A stretch of 64,000 bases of DNA from a virus (Duplodnaviria > Caudoviricetes). The stretch spans positions 620-64,619 of the IMG/VR virus record IMGVR_UViG_3300031993_000074. One strand, given 5' to 3'. Both the position numbers and the translations under genes were made by a program. Positions 1 through 9,329 of this stretch are shown here, piece after piece. Under the pieces are notes generated by a model. It did no database searches. It was not told the origin of the DNA and worked only from the letters and a program-made list of their open reading frames with translations. How positions within the stretch are numbered: the stretch's first letter is position 1; the number at the start of each line of letters is the position of its first letter.

Positions 1-83
1 AGTTTAAGAGCGAGTATTGAGCCTGTTGGCAGTTCGCGCTTTAATGCTTTGTATTGGCGCATGATTGGCAGTTCGTCGCTCAT
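1..83 (-). CDS. Partial CDS running off the window start; resembles a MutS N-terminal (MutS_I)-like small phage protein
   Basis: ATG at 83 after SD-like TGAAAGGAATAC. Reads MSDELPIMRQYKALKRELPTGSILALKL, similar to the MutS domain I start 'PMMxQYxxxKxxxPDxILxFxxG'. Only 27 codons are visible. Confidence 0.45.
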   Translation of the reverse strand, partial: MSDELPIMRQYKALKRELPTGSILALK

Positions 84-97
84 TGACTGTATTCCTT

Positions 98-274
98 TCA
101 GTTGCGGATTAGGTCATAGACGAGGACGGCGAGGCAATGAACACCGCCAGCAACCATCCCCCAGAAGAGGACGGCGACGGACAGCGGAGAGGATATGGCC
201 TCGCACACCAAACCCACCACGGCGAGCGTGGCGAGAGGTGCGAGGGCGAAAGCGTAAAGTTTAATTTCCGTCAT
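98..274 (-). CDS. Small hydrophobic membrane protein (58 aa), not in the ORF track
   Basis: Manual translation MTEIKLYAFALAPLATLAVVGLVCEAISSPLSVAVFFWGMVAGGVHCLAVLVYDLIRN*. SD GAAAGGGA; fills the gap in a tight operon. Confidence 0.6.
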   Translation of the reverse strand: MTEIKLYAFALAPLATLAVVGLVCEAISSPLSVAVLFWGMVAGGVHCLAVLVYDLIRN

Positions 275-287
275 GACATATTCCCTT

Positions 288-530
288 TCAGTTTAAGAGG
301 TCGCAACAAACCATCTGGACAGGTTCGCCGTTTTCGGGTGAGGTGCGCTGTTCAATGCGGATTGCTTCACATTCAGCACCAAGCCAAATGTCTAGCCGCT
401 TCATCAGCGACGAATCGCCGCCGACATAATCAGCAACCCATATTTCCTCTAATGGGTCATTGTGGCCTTCAAGGAAGACAGCAACCCATGTTTCGTCTTC
501 CGTTCGGTCTAATAGGTCTTTCAAAGTCAT
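288..530 (-). CDS. Hypothetical acidic protein (80 aa)
   Basis: SD GAAAGGAGG before ATG; operon packing; D/E-rich. Confidence 0.7.
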   Translation of the reverse strand: MTLKDLLDRTEDETWVAVFLEGHNDPLEEIWVADYVGGDSSLMKRLDIWLGAECEAIRIEQRTSPENGEPVQMVCCDLLN

Positions 531-544
531 CTTGCAACCTCCTT

Positions 545-1006
545 TCAGTATGCGTCATGCTCACGGCACCACGCGATATGTTCATTCACGCCCTTGTTGT
601 AGCACTTCTGGAGAAATTCGCCGTTCTTGACCTTTTCCCACTCTATGCGCTCCTCCTTGCGGTTGAAGGGGTAGCCAAAGCAGTTGGCCATGTCGAAGTC
701 GGGATCGAGGTTGATATGATACTCATGATTGCCCGCCTCATGGCGAAACGCCGAGACTGCAAACTCCTCGTTGTGCATCGCCGCTTCCATTTCTTCATCG
801 TGCCGCTTTAGAGTTTCCCAGATGTGCTTCGCGTCAGTCTTGCGGTAGAAGCCACCATTAAAACCGGCGTAGAGTTCGGCCTTTGGGTCGGTCACTCCGA
901 GCGAGGCGCAAACCTCCTTGAATTGCTTGTTCGAGAACGCCCACTTGATAGGCAATTTGTTTACCTCGTCTTGATGGCGTTTCTTCATTTCTAGGTATGT
1001 TTCCAT
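545..1006 (-). CDS. Hypothetical phage protein (153 aa), first gene of the leftward early operon
   Basis: SD AAAGGAAGG; directly downstream of a consensus promoter; normal composition. Confidence 0.8.
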   Translation of the reverse strand: METYLEMKKRHQDEVNKLPIKWAFSNKQFKEVCASLGVTDPKAELYAGFNGGFYRKTDAKHIWETLKRHDEEMEAAMHNEEFAVSAFRHEAGNHEYHINLDPDFDMANCFGYPFNRKEERIEWEKVKNGEFLQKCYNKGVNEHIAWCREHDAY

Positions 1007-1064
1007 GTTGGCCTTGCCTTTCTTTTTGGTGGTTGTTTGTTCTGGTCTGTTGTTGTCGGCGCGT

Positions 1065-1099
1065 ATTATATCATATTTCTGTGTATTCCGTCAATACAC
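1065..1099 (-). promoter_or_regulatory. sigma70-type promoter with an overlapping palindromic operator
   Basis: TTGACG (1094-1089), 18-nt spacer, TGaTATAAT (1073-1065). Inverted repeat GTGTATT-N5-AATACAC at 1081-1099 covers the -35. Confidence 0.75.
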
Positions 1100-1166
1100 A
1101 AAATAACACAAAACGAAAATATTTTTCACTCCCGTTTTTCGGGCGTTTCCCATTTCATTTCCGTTC

Positions 1167-1325
1167 ACTGACATTACTGACATTACTGACATTTGTCAGT
1201 GGTGTCAGTGGCAGTCGGCGTTTACTGACAACTGACATGACAGGGGACACTCTAAAGAGTGTGTCCCCATGTCAGTGTCATTGTTGTCAGTTCACCAACG
1301 CCTTGCGCGTCATGTCATGTCAGTC
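1167..1325. repeat. Cluster of direct and inverted (AC)TGACA/TGTCA(GT) motifs around an imperfect palindrome
   Basis: ACTGACATT x3, TGTCAGT x2, ACTGACA x2, then GGGGACACTCT-AA-AGAGTGTGTCCCC, then several TGTCA(GT) copies. Non-coding. Confidence 0.85.
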
Positions 1326-1846
1326 CATCCCTCGATCTGTCCGCTCGTCTCCATCGGTTCTCATGGTCGGTGCGCGTATGTATTCCGCTTACACAGTTCA
1401 ATACACAAACGGCAAAAGCATGCAAAATGTGGTTCGGCGTCGGGGGCGGGGGTCGCGCGAATGCCTACGGGTCGCGCGCGTATGTGCGTCTGGCGGATCG
1501 TCGGGCAGGTCGCGCCAGTCTCGACGGCTCGGATGGCGTCGATCAGGGCGCGGCTCGTTGCCTGATGCCCATCGCAGGGGTCGAATGAGGGTTGAATCTT
1601 GTGACAATCTTGTGACAATCAAAGGCACGGCTCGATGATGGCGGCTTTTCCGTGGGTTTACGGGCGGTTGGGTGAGGGTAGTGTACCCTCTCGCGCCTGT
1701 TCGCGCCTCGGATCGGGCCGGATGTAAGGTGTGCGGCGGTCGTGGTCGGTCGGCGTCGGTGCTGCGGCGACGGGGTATGGGGGACATGAGGCCCGGCCGC
1801 GCGGGGGCGGGGCAGGACCCGCGTGGGACTCCCGCACCTACCGATG

Positions 1847-1882
1847 GATAAAGCGAGGATAAAGCGGGGGTATCATTCAGGC
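1847..1882 (+). promoter_or_regulatory. Putative late, leaderless promoter of the small terminase gene
   Basis: GATAAAGCGAGGATAAAGCGG (1847-1867), then TATCAT (1871-1876) 6 nt before ATG 1883; no SD. An identical 21-mer lies before the portal gene. Confidence 0.6.
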
Positions 1883-2533
1883 ATGTCGAAGAACGCCCCA
1901 GAAGAGACCGCCGAGTGGGACGCGCTGTACGCGCGTGCCCGGCTTCTGCTTGACGAAGAGGGGTTGGCGCAGGAGGAGAAGCGCAAGGAGGTGGCGGCGA
2001 AGAAGCTTGAGCGTGCTGGTCTTTCGGCGCCGCCTGTCGATCTCGGCAAGGTGCGGCGGATGCTCGTCGAGTACGCGAGGACGAAGCGGTACTGCCTGGC
2101 GCTGGAGTCTACGGACATCAGCAGGGACGACATGAACCTTGCGTACGACCTGTGGCCGGAGGCGAAGACGGTGTACGAGTACGTGCAACGGATGCGCGAC
2201 CGGGTGCGATCGCAGGAGATGGACGAGATAGCGGACACTGCGACGGACAAGCTGAAGGTGCTGCTGAAGGACGACAATGGCAAGTGCCTCGTGAACGCGA
2301 AGCTGGTGATGAAGACCCTGGAACGGCTCGACCGCAAGCGGTTCGGGGAGGAGGCCGCGGGCATGGGGGCCGCTGCGAAGAAGGACGGCGGCGGGGAGCC
2401 GATGGTGTACCAGATATCGAACGTGCAGCTGAACCTGATCGGGACGGACGCGGTGAAGAAGGCGTTTCCGTCCGGCGGTGTGGTTGACGTGGACGCGGTT
2501 GTGAGGGCGCTCGAAGGCGGCGAGGATGGTTGA
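1883..2533 (+). CDS. terS: Probable terminase small subunit
   Basis: Position directly upstream of and overlapping terL; helical, charged 216-aa protein. Start moved from 1823 to 1883. Confidence 0.55.
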   Translation: MSKNAPEETAEWDALYARARLLLDEEGLAQEEKRKEVAAKKLERAGLSAPPVDLGKVRRMLVEYARTKRYCLALESTDISRDDMNLAYDLWPEAKTVYEYVQRMRDRVRSQEMDEIADTATDKLKVLLKDDNGKCLVNAKLVMKTLERLDRKRFGEEAAGMGAAAKKDGGGEPMVYQISNVQLNLIGTDAVKKAFPSGGVVDVDAVVRALEGGEDG

Positions 2534-4133
2534 GCAGCGGATAGTGAGGTACGTGCCGTCGCCGACGTTCCGCGCGTTCCACGCGGTGCCGCCGGGGCTT
2601 GCGGAGTTCCGCATAGTGCGCGGGCCGATGGGGAGCGGGAAGAGCGTGGGGTGCTGCAAGGAGACGATGCTCACGACGGAGTTCCAGCCGGCGTTCGACT
2701 TCGGCGACGACCCGAAGGACCCCGACAACAGCATCATGCCTGACGGGAAGCGGCATCCCGTGCGGTGGTCGAAGTGGCTGATCGGCCGCGACACGAAGCC
2801 GGAGATGTGGAACACGACGATCAAGACGATGCGGGAGGTGCTTCCCGGTTTCCACATAGAGCGGCAGCAGCCGACGATCGAGGGGCGGATGGAGGTTCCG
2901 TCCATGCAGAAGGACGGGACGTGGTGCCGGACGGACTATGTTTTCGTGCCGTTCGACCTGACGCAGGAGGAGTTTGAGGCGGCGCTTAAGTCGTTCGAGC
3001 CGTGCGGGGCGTGGATCAACGAGGGCGACACGGTGCCGTGGAAGCGGATATGGCTTGCGAACTCGCGCGTGGGGCGCTGGCAGCCTGTGAAGCCGCCGAA
3101 CGAGGAGGACCCGCCGCTTTACCTGTCGTTCGGGACGATCATAGACTCGAACTCGCCGAACGAGACGAACTGGATGCACCGTCTGGAGATCGACGAGAAG
3201 CCGAAGAGGATGCTCTTCTTCGTCCAGCCGCCCGGGCTCATCAAGACGGTGGACGACGCCGGGCGCGAGGTGTACCTGAACAACGACGAGGCGAACGCGA
3301 AGAAGTTCGGCATCCGTCCGGCGGAGAACGTGAGGCACCTCAAGGGCGGGTTCGAGTACTACCGCAAGATGCTGGTGGGCGGCGACCCGGACGACATCAA
3401 GCGCTTCGCGCTGAACGAGTACGGCACGTCGGTGGACGGGAAGCCGATCTACACGTCGTGGAACCGGCTGGTGCACGTGAAGAAGGACCTGAAGTTCCTG
3501 CGCGGGCGGCCGCTCATACTCGGAACCGACTTCGGGCTCACGCCGGCGATGGTGTTCTTGCAGATCGGGCCGGACGGCGTGGTGCGCGTCCTCGACGAGC
3601 TGCCGTCCGAGGACATGACGCTCGACACGTTCATATCCACTATGCTGCTGCCGAAGCTGACGGAGCGGTTCGACTATCCGATGAACTGCCCGCCGATCAT
3701 GAACTACTGCGACCCTGCGGGCAAGCAGCGGACGCAGACCTACGGCGACACGTGCCTCGAGCTCCTGAACAGCCGCGGCATCCCGACGGAGCTGTGCCCC
3801 GACATCACCAACGACTTCCGCACGAGGCGCGACGCGGTGGAGAAGCTTTTGCGCGAGCACCGCCTGGAGGTGGACGAGCGGTGCAAGATGCTGATAGCGG
3901 GCTTCGACGGGCACTACTGCCACAAGCGCATCCGCTTCGAGATCGACGGCACGGCGCGGTACGCTGAGGGGCCGGACAAGCACAACCCGTACACGCACAT
4001 CCACGACGCGCTCCAGTACCCGATAGTCGCGGTGACGATGGGGGGCGTGGACTTCTCTCAGCTTCGGCGCGAGAGGGACAGGGGGTATGGCTCTCTGGTA
4101 GGCACTGGGGAGAGCGACTACGGCACGTTGTGA
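2526..4133 (+). CDS. terL: Terminase large subunit
   Basis: Walker A GPMGSGKS; Walker-B-like GAWINE; nuclease motifs LGTDFGLTPA and HIHDALQY; 535 aa. Confidence 0.9.
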   Translation: MVEQRIVRYVPSPTFRAFHAVPPGLAEFRIVRGPMGSGKSVGCCKETMLTTEFQPAFDFGDDPKDPDNSIMPDGKRHPVRWSKWLIGRDTKPEMWNTTIKTMREVLPGFHIERQQPTIEGRMEVPSMQKDGTWCRTDYVFVPFDLTQEEFEAALKSFEPCGAWINEGDTVPWKRIWLANSRVGRWQPVKPPNEEDPPLYLSFGTIIDSNSPNETNWMHRLEIDEKPKRMLFFVQPPGLIKTVDDAGREVYLNNDEANAKKFGIRPAENVRHLKGGFEYYRKMLVGGDPDDIKRFALNEYGTSVDGKPIYTSWNRLVHVKKDLKFLRGRPLILGTDFGLTPAMVFLQIGPDGVVRVLDELPSEDMTLDTFISTMLLPKLTERFDYPMNCPPIMNYCDPAGKQRTQTYGDTCLELLNSRGIPTELCPDITNDFRTRRDAVEKLLREHRLEVDERCKMLIAGFDGHYCHKRIRFEIDGTARYAEGPDKHNPYTHIHDALQYPIVAVTMGGVDFSQLRRERDRGYGSLVGTGESDYGTL

Positions 4134-4152
4134 AGGAATTTCCGGAAGGCAT

Positions 4153-4189
4153 GATAAAGCGAGGATAAAGCGGCGCGATAATACAAGCG
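4153..4189 (+). promoter_or_regulatory. Second copy of the putative late leaderless promoter (portal gene)
   Basis: Exact 21-mer GATAAAGCGAGGATAAAGCGG (4153-4173), then GATAAT (4177-4182) 7 nt before ATG 4190. Confidence 0.6.
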
Positions 4190-6379
4190 ATGTCAGAAGC
4201 AGCACCAGATTCGCTCAGGCCGAAGGAGGCAGAGGAGCGTCCGGCGCAGACCGGCGACCCAGCGCCCGTCGCGGAGATTCCGACGACGGAGGCGCTTCGG
4301 CGCATCGCCGTTTCCGTGTCGGCGGATTTCAGGGTCGGCGCATACCACCGCCAGCAGTCCGGCGTTGACGAAATGCTGGTGAACTCGGCCCGGGCGGCGC
4401 GGATGAAGTATTCTCCGCACCAGGAGGACGTGCTTCGCGCAAATCGCCTTGACCCGCGATCGTATCCGCCGCTCACGGCGATGTACATGCGGGCTTTGCA
4501 GGCGATGCTCTCCAACATCATATCGCAGAGCGGCGACAAGCCGTATGCGCTTTCGCCGTCGCCAAAGCCGACCGTCCCAAAGTCCGTCACGAAGAAGGTC
4601 ATGGCGCGGATCGCGCAGGAGATCGTGCAGTTCTTCGCCTCTCACGGCGGAGCGCTCCAGACCCCGGAGGAGGAGCAGGTTTTCTACGTCGCCATCATAA
4701 ACCGCGTCAACGAGATGTTTGACGAGGTACGCAACGGAGAGGCCGAGTGGGCGCGCATACGCTGCGAGAGGATGGACGCGAAGATACACGACCAGATGGT
4801 CGAAGGGAAGTACATGCGCGAGTTTGCGGAGTTTGTCCGCAACTTCTGCGTTCACGGGACGGCGGTGATGACGTTTTCGCCGCGCGTCGTGCCGATGGCG
4901 AAGTGCCGCGAGAGCGGGAGCCTGGACGCGCTGAAGTACGAGATGGAGTATTCCCGCATACCGGTGTTCGAGAGCGTCAGCCCGTGGGACTGCTACCCGG
5001 CGCCGAACGCGAAGTCCGTTGACGACGGGCCGCTCTGCATCCGCGTTCGCTACACGGCGGACACCCTCTGGCAGTACGCAGACGCGAGCGACGAGGCGGA
5101 GACAGTGGACGGCTGGCAGCGCAGCACCGTCCGTGCACTCCTTTCGCGCTATCCGCGCGGCGGCGTACACCTCATGTCCGAGACAAGCGACCTTGAGCGG
5201 CGCAAGCTGGAACGCGACAGCATCGCGTCCATCAACCAGGACTGCACGCTGGAGGGAATACGCCGCTTCGCGTCCGTGCGCGGCTCGGAGCTGATCGCCG
5301 CCGGCATCGACAAGACGCCGACAGGCGACAAGATAGTGCAGAACCGCTACTACGAGACCGACATAACCGTGATAGCGGACTACGTGGTGTGCTGCCGCGT
5401 TGTGGACGACAGGATGCCGCGTCCCGTCGTGAAGGGTACGCTCTACAAGGTCCCCGGATCGTGGTGGGGCGAATCGCTCGCCGACATACTCTGCTCCTGC
5501 CAGACCATGCAGATGAACGCGCTCAAGAACATGTCGGTGAACGGCGCCATCGCGTCCAATCCCATCTTCGTGTGCAGCAACATCGACCGCGTGGTGTCAC
5601 TGGACGGCAGGCCGGCGCTGGAGATACGCGGCGGCAGGATGATAGGCTTCAAGCGGGATGCGGCGGGAAACGTCGGCTCGCCCGTTGCCATGATGCAGGT
5701 CACGGACATCTCCCGCCAGATGATCGACCAGATGCACGAGGCGCAGGCGTTCGCGAACGACTACAGCGGCGTTCCGCTTCATGCGCTCGGCTCGTCCAGC
5801 AACCTGAACTCGGGCGCCGCCAGAACGGTTGGCGGGATGAACATGCTCCAGGAGTCGGCGCTTCGCACGGTGAACATGAGCGTAATCACGCTCGGCATGG
5901 ACGTAATAGTGCCGTGCGTGGAGATGCTGAACATCTACAACCTGATCTACGACAAGGACATGTCCATCAAGGGCGATGTCGTCGTGGCACCGTCCGGCAT
6001 GATGGGCAAGATACTCCGCGAGGCGGAATCTCAGAAGCGTTTGCAGCTCTTCAACGCGCTCGGTGGTGCGCAGATCATAGGCCCGGCGCTGTCCGTGGAA
6101 AACTTCTTCGAGCTTCTGCGCCCAGAGCTCGCGGCAATCGGCGGAATCAACCCGGACAAGGTGATCCCGTCAAAGGAGCGCATGGAGACATTCCAGCAGA
6201 TACTCGACATCACGAATGCGGCGCGCGCTGCACAGCAGCAGGCGCAGGCCGCAGCAGATCAGCCGCAGCTCCAGCCTGGCGCCGGCGCGAACCCCGGCAA
6301 TCCGTCCGCCGCGCCGGTAGAGTCAGAGCCTAGGCCGCCAGCGCCGGGAACGGTCGCCGAAAGGAGAGGTGCCGCATGA
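4190..6379 (+). CDS. Portal protein (podovirus-like)
   Basis: 729 aa, follows terL; portal-like segments (SPWDCYPAPNA; PGSWWGESLADIL; RTVGGMNMLQESA). Confidence 0.8.
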   Translation: MSEAAPDSLRPKEAEERPAQTGDPAPVAEIPTTEALRRIAVSVSADFRVGAYHRQQSGVDEMLVNSARAARMKYSPHQEDVLRANRLDPRSYPPLTAMYMRALQAMLSNIISQSGDKPYALSPSPKPTVPKSVTKKVMARIAQEIVQFFASHGGALQTPEEEQVFYVAIINRVNEMFDEVRNGEAEWARIRCERMDAKIHDQMVEGKYMREFAEFVRNFCVHGTAVMTFSPRVVPMAKCRESGSLDALKYEMEYSRIPVFESVSPWDCYPAPNAKSVDDGPLCIRVRYTADTLWQYADASDEAETVDGWQRSTVRALLSRYPRGGVHLMSETSDLERRKLERDSIASINQDCTLEGIRRFASVRGSELIAAGIDKTPTGDKIVQNRYYETDITVIADYVVCCRVVDDRMPRPVVKGTLYKVPGSWWGESLADILCSCQTMQMNALKNMSVNGAIASNPIFVCSNIDRVVSLDGRPALEIRGGRMIGFKRDAAGNVGSPVAMMQVTDISRQMIDQMHEAQAFANDYSGVPLHALGSSSNLNSGAARTVGGMNMLQESALRTVNMSVITLGMDVIVPCVEMLNIYNLIYDKDMSIKGDVVVAPSGMMGKILREAESQKRLQLFNALGGAQIIGPALSVENFFELLRPELAAIGGINPDKVIPSKERMETFQQILDITNAARAAQQQAQAAADQPQLQPGAGANPGNPSAAPVESEPRPPAPGTVAERRGAA

Positions 6380-6696
6380 GCGACATGAACGAAATACCGG
6401 AACAGCGCTCGCTCGCGATTATCGACGCGAAGCGCGTCATGGATGTTTGCGGGGACGCCGCCCGCACGGAAAGGCTCGTCGCGTGGATGGACGAGCTTGT
6501 GGAAGAGGACGTGACGCTGATGTGCGCCCTCGCCGAAAGCGGCGACGAGAACCGCGCGGTGCGTCTGGAGCACCTCGCGTCGCAGATTTCAGTCTATCGC
6601 AGGATCAAGGACGCGGCCAACCGCGCTCTGGACTCCGCCGGCGGCCAGCCACCGCCCGACGGAGAACCGGAACCCGCAGGAGGTGACCCGTTATGA
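6376..6696 (+). CDS. Hypothetical protein (106 aa) between portal and scaffold
   Basis: ATGA overlap with the portal stop; SD AAGGAGA. Confidence 0.75.
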   Translation: MSDMNEIPEQRSLAIIDAKRVMDVCGDAARTERLVAWMDELVEEDVTLMCALAESGDENRAVRLEHLASQISVYRRIKDAANRALDSAGGQPPPDGEPEPAGGDPL

Positions 6697-6805
6697 GGTC
6701 CCGCGAAAGACACCGCCGGAGGAATTGGGATTGTCTGCCCCTCCTCACGGCAACTGGAAACTCCGGGCTTGGCGGCTCGGCTTGCAGAAAAAACAGGAGA
6801 CAAGG

Positions 6806-7585
6806 ATGAACGACACGAAAAAGGCAGAAGCGGCACTCGCCGGAATTGGCGAGGACAAAGGCAAAGGCGGAGAAACCCAGACGGGCGAAAACGCCGAGCT
6901 TGAAAAATTGCGCCACACGGCGGACGTGTGGGCCGGACGCGCGAAGCAGTACCAAGAGGAAAAGAAAAAACTCGAGGAAAAGATTGCGCAGCTTGAGGCC
7001 GGACACTCCGTTGAAGACGCGATGAAGTTGCTTTCCGCCGAGGAGAGGGGCGAAACGCCGGACGAATATCTCGGCGCGTCAGCCCGTATGACGGCAAAGC
7101 TCGTAGGCGACGCCCAGGCGAAGCAGGACGAGAAGATAGCAGAGCTCAAGCGAGAGATTGCGGAGAGGGACGAAAGGACGTTCCTCGCCAACATCTCGCA
7201 GAGGCACGGCGACTTCTTTGAATCCGTGGCGCCAGGCGGCGACAAGAGCGAATACTGGGAACGCTTCAAGAAAAACAACAAGGAGACGTTCTCGGCGGTG
7301 ATGGCGACGCACGACGAAGCGCGATTCGCCAACCTCGTCAACAGCTTCTACCGCGAACTCGGCATCCCGGTCCCCGGCGCGGGCGCGACCGCTTCGCCCA
7401 CGCCAAGCACCACAGGCGGGCCGTCGCCGGCGGGAAATCCCAGCGACACCAGAACCATGACCACCGACGAATACCTCAAGGAGCTTGAAAAAGCCGAGGA
7501 GATGCGCCGGGCAGGCAACATGAAGGGGTGGCGCGAGATCAACGACCGGCTCAAAGCAGCCCTCAACGAGGGGCGCGTGAAGTAG
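6806..7585 (+). CDS. Probable capsid scaffolding protein
   Basis: Coiled-coil, charged protein directly before the capsid gene; SD CAGGAGA supports ATG 6806. Confidence 0.6.
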   Translation: MNDTKKAEAALAGIGEDKGKGGETQTGENAELEKLRHTADVWAGRAKQYQEEKKKLEEKIAQLEAGHSVEDAMKLLSAEERGETPDEYLGASARMTAKLVGDAQAKQDEKIAELKREIAERDERTFLANISQRHGDFFESVAPGGDKSEYWERFKKNNKETFSAVMATHDEARFANLVNSFYRELGIPVPGAGATASPTPSTTGGPSPAGNPSDTRTMTTDEYLKELEKAEEMRRAGNMKGWREINDRLKAALNEGRVK

Positions 7586-7627
7586 CGCGTCTCCCGCTCG
7601 GGGGCGGAAAAAAGAAGGAATCAGAAA

Positions 7628-8665
7628 ATGGCAGATGCAGACAAGTTGCATTTCATGGCCCAGCCAGGGGTAGCCCCGAACTTCCCCGGCACTCAGGCCA
7701 TAATCCAGGACGAGTGGCGCCGCCGCGTGCGCGCCGCGTCCGTCATGGACAAGTGCGTCTCTACCGACTGGAAGGGGCGCTTCAAGGGGGTTGGCACGAC
7801 GATAGAGCGTCCCGTGCTGCCCATCATCAAGGTGAACGACCGCAAGCCCGGCGATCTGGTCAAGTACCAGAAGCTCAAGGGCGACATGGAGACGTTCACG
7901 ATCAACCGCATGATGGATGTCGCCTACCACATCGACATCGAGGACCAGGTGTTCTCGATGAAGAATCTGGAGAGCGCGGCGAACAAGGAGTCGCAGGCGG
8001 CTATGGCCGAACACCGCGACCTCAAGTTCTTCGCGGACATCCCGTTCAAGTGCGATTCGACGAACCGCGGCGCGACCGCAGGCGTCGTCTCCGGCCTCTA
8101 CAACCTCGGCACGGCCACCGCGCCGGTCTATCTCTACAAGACCGACTCCGACGTGACCACCGCCAAGACCCGTGGCAGCAATCCGCGTGCGACGGCCTGC
8201 GTGGCGACCGAGTTCCTGACGCGCGGCACCGCCGCCCTGAAGGAGTGGCCGGCAGCGAAGGAGGGCGACGTGCGCATCATCTGCCATTCGTGGCTGAAGA
8301 CGCTGCTCATCAACTCCGAGCTGAAGTACGCCGACCACATGGGCGACCAGATGTCCGTCCTCCGCAAGGGCACGGACTACATCGGCGACATCGACGGCGC
8401 GAACATCATCGGCTGCGACCAGCTCCCGATGTGGGACGCCGGCTCGGCGACTAACGCCGCAGGCTCGTCTGTCACGGTGCCGAAGCGCTTCCTCGTGCTC
8501 TTCGTGAACAACAAGGCGATTCAGTTTGCCGACGAGTTCCAGATCAACGAGAAGCTCAAGGACAAGGACGAGTACGGCGACTTCTACCGTTCGCTCGACA
8601 TCTACGACTGGTTCGCGGACTATCCTGAGCTGTTCGGCTACGGCATCGTCGCTCTCGGCGACTAA
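7628..8665 (+). CDS. Major capsid protein (HK97 fold, P22-coat-like)
   Basis: 345 aa with strong codon bias; N-terminal pattern 'TDWKGRFKGVGTTIERP' resembles podoviral coat proteins; canonical position. Confidence 0.8.
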   Translation: MADADKLHFMAQPGVAPNFPGTQAIIQDEWRRRVRAASVMDKCVSTDWKGRFKGVGTTIERPVLPIIKVNDRKPGDLVKYQKLKGDMETFTINRMMDVAYHIDIEDQVFSMKNLESAANKESQAAMAEHRDLKFFADIPFKCDSTNRGATAGVVSGLYNLGTATAPVYLYKTDSDVTTAKTRGSNPRATACVATEFLTRGTAALKEWPAAKEGDVRIICHSWLKTLLINSELKYADHMGDQMSVLRKGTDYIGDIDGANIIGCDQLPMWDAGSATNAAGSSVTVPKRFLVLFVNNKAIQFADEFQINEKLKDKDEYGDFYRSLDIYDWFADYPELFGYGIVALGD

Positions 8666-8682
8666 CGAAAGGAGAATGAATC

Positions 8683-9240
8683 ATGGCAGCACATAGCAAT
8701 GACAAGTCCATCCTCGGCAACGGCCTGAACGAGAACGTGCGTTCCTACCTTCTGGAGCGCGTGATCGACTTCGGCGTCATGGGTACTGTCGATACGTCCA
8801 AGTACTACGAGATCGGCACGCTTCCCAAGGGGTTCGTCCCGCGCAACATCGCGGTGATCGAGCTTTCCAAGGCCAGCGCGTCGTCCACCGTCAAGGTGTA
8901 CAAGACGGTCGAAGACGCCTCCAGCGGCAGCGCGACCGAAATCGCTTCCTGCTCCGTAGGCGGCGATACGCTCGGTTATGCAACCGCGTCCATGCTCACC
9001 GTCTCTGGCACGGCTCCCGATGGCGGCGGCGCAATCACGTCCACCAGTGTCGGTAGTCTGGCAAACGCGCAGCTCGCCGTCAAGGCGGGTTCGGCGTTCA
9101 CCGCTGGCCGCGTGAAGGTCGCCATTTCCGGCGACTTCATGACCGGCATCTGGGACGAGGGCGAGAAGGCTCCGCCGATCAAGCCGACCGTGGCCATCCA
9201 GAAGGTGCAGTTCGCCGCCGGCGAGCACAACCTCGACTAA
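8683..9240 (+). CDS. Probable capsid decoration/cement protein
   Basis: Follows the capsid gene; SD AAAGGAGA; small-residue, beta-rich; followed by a terminator. Confidence 0.5.
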   Translation: MAAHSNDKSILGNGLNENVRSYLLERVIDFGVMGTVDTSKYYEIGTLPKGFVPRNIAVIELSKASASSTVKVYKTVEDASSGSATEIASCSVGGDTLGYATASMLTVSGTAPDGGGAITSTSVGSLANAQLAVKAGSAFTAGRVKVAISGDFMTGIWDEGEKAPPIKPTVAIQKVQFAAGEHNLD

Positions 9241-9249
9241 CGGCATAGT

Positions 9250-9290
9250 GGCACCTGCGGGTGGTTCGTCTCCAGCTCGCAGGTGCCTTT
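9250..9290 (+). terminator. Intrinsic terminator-like hairpin
   Basis: GGCACCTGCG-N18-CGCAGGTGCC followed by TTT. Confidence 0.55.
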
Positions 9291-9329
9291 CACAACCAAC
9301 TAAGAGACGAGAGGCGAAAGGAAACAGAC

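Noticed and set aside
1330-1820. ORFs or an ncRNA in the GC-rich region upstream of terS
   Set aside because: The predicted peptides are low-complexity with no SD. G-tracts and short repeats may relate to packaging, but I could not define a structure.
2118-4205. Long antisense ORFs (also 7079-8338, 14181-15356, 48015-49049, 49351-50757, 51998-53893, 56902-58149)
   Set aside because: These are shadows of GC3-biased genes on the opposite strand, with no SD and implausible composition.
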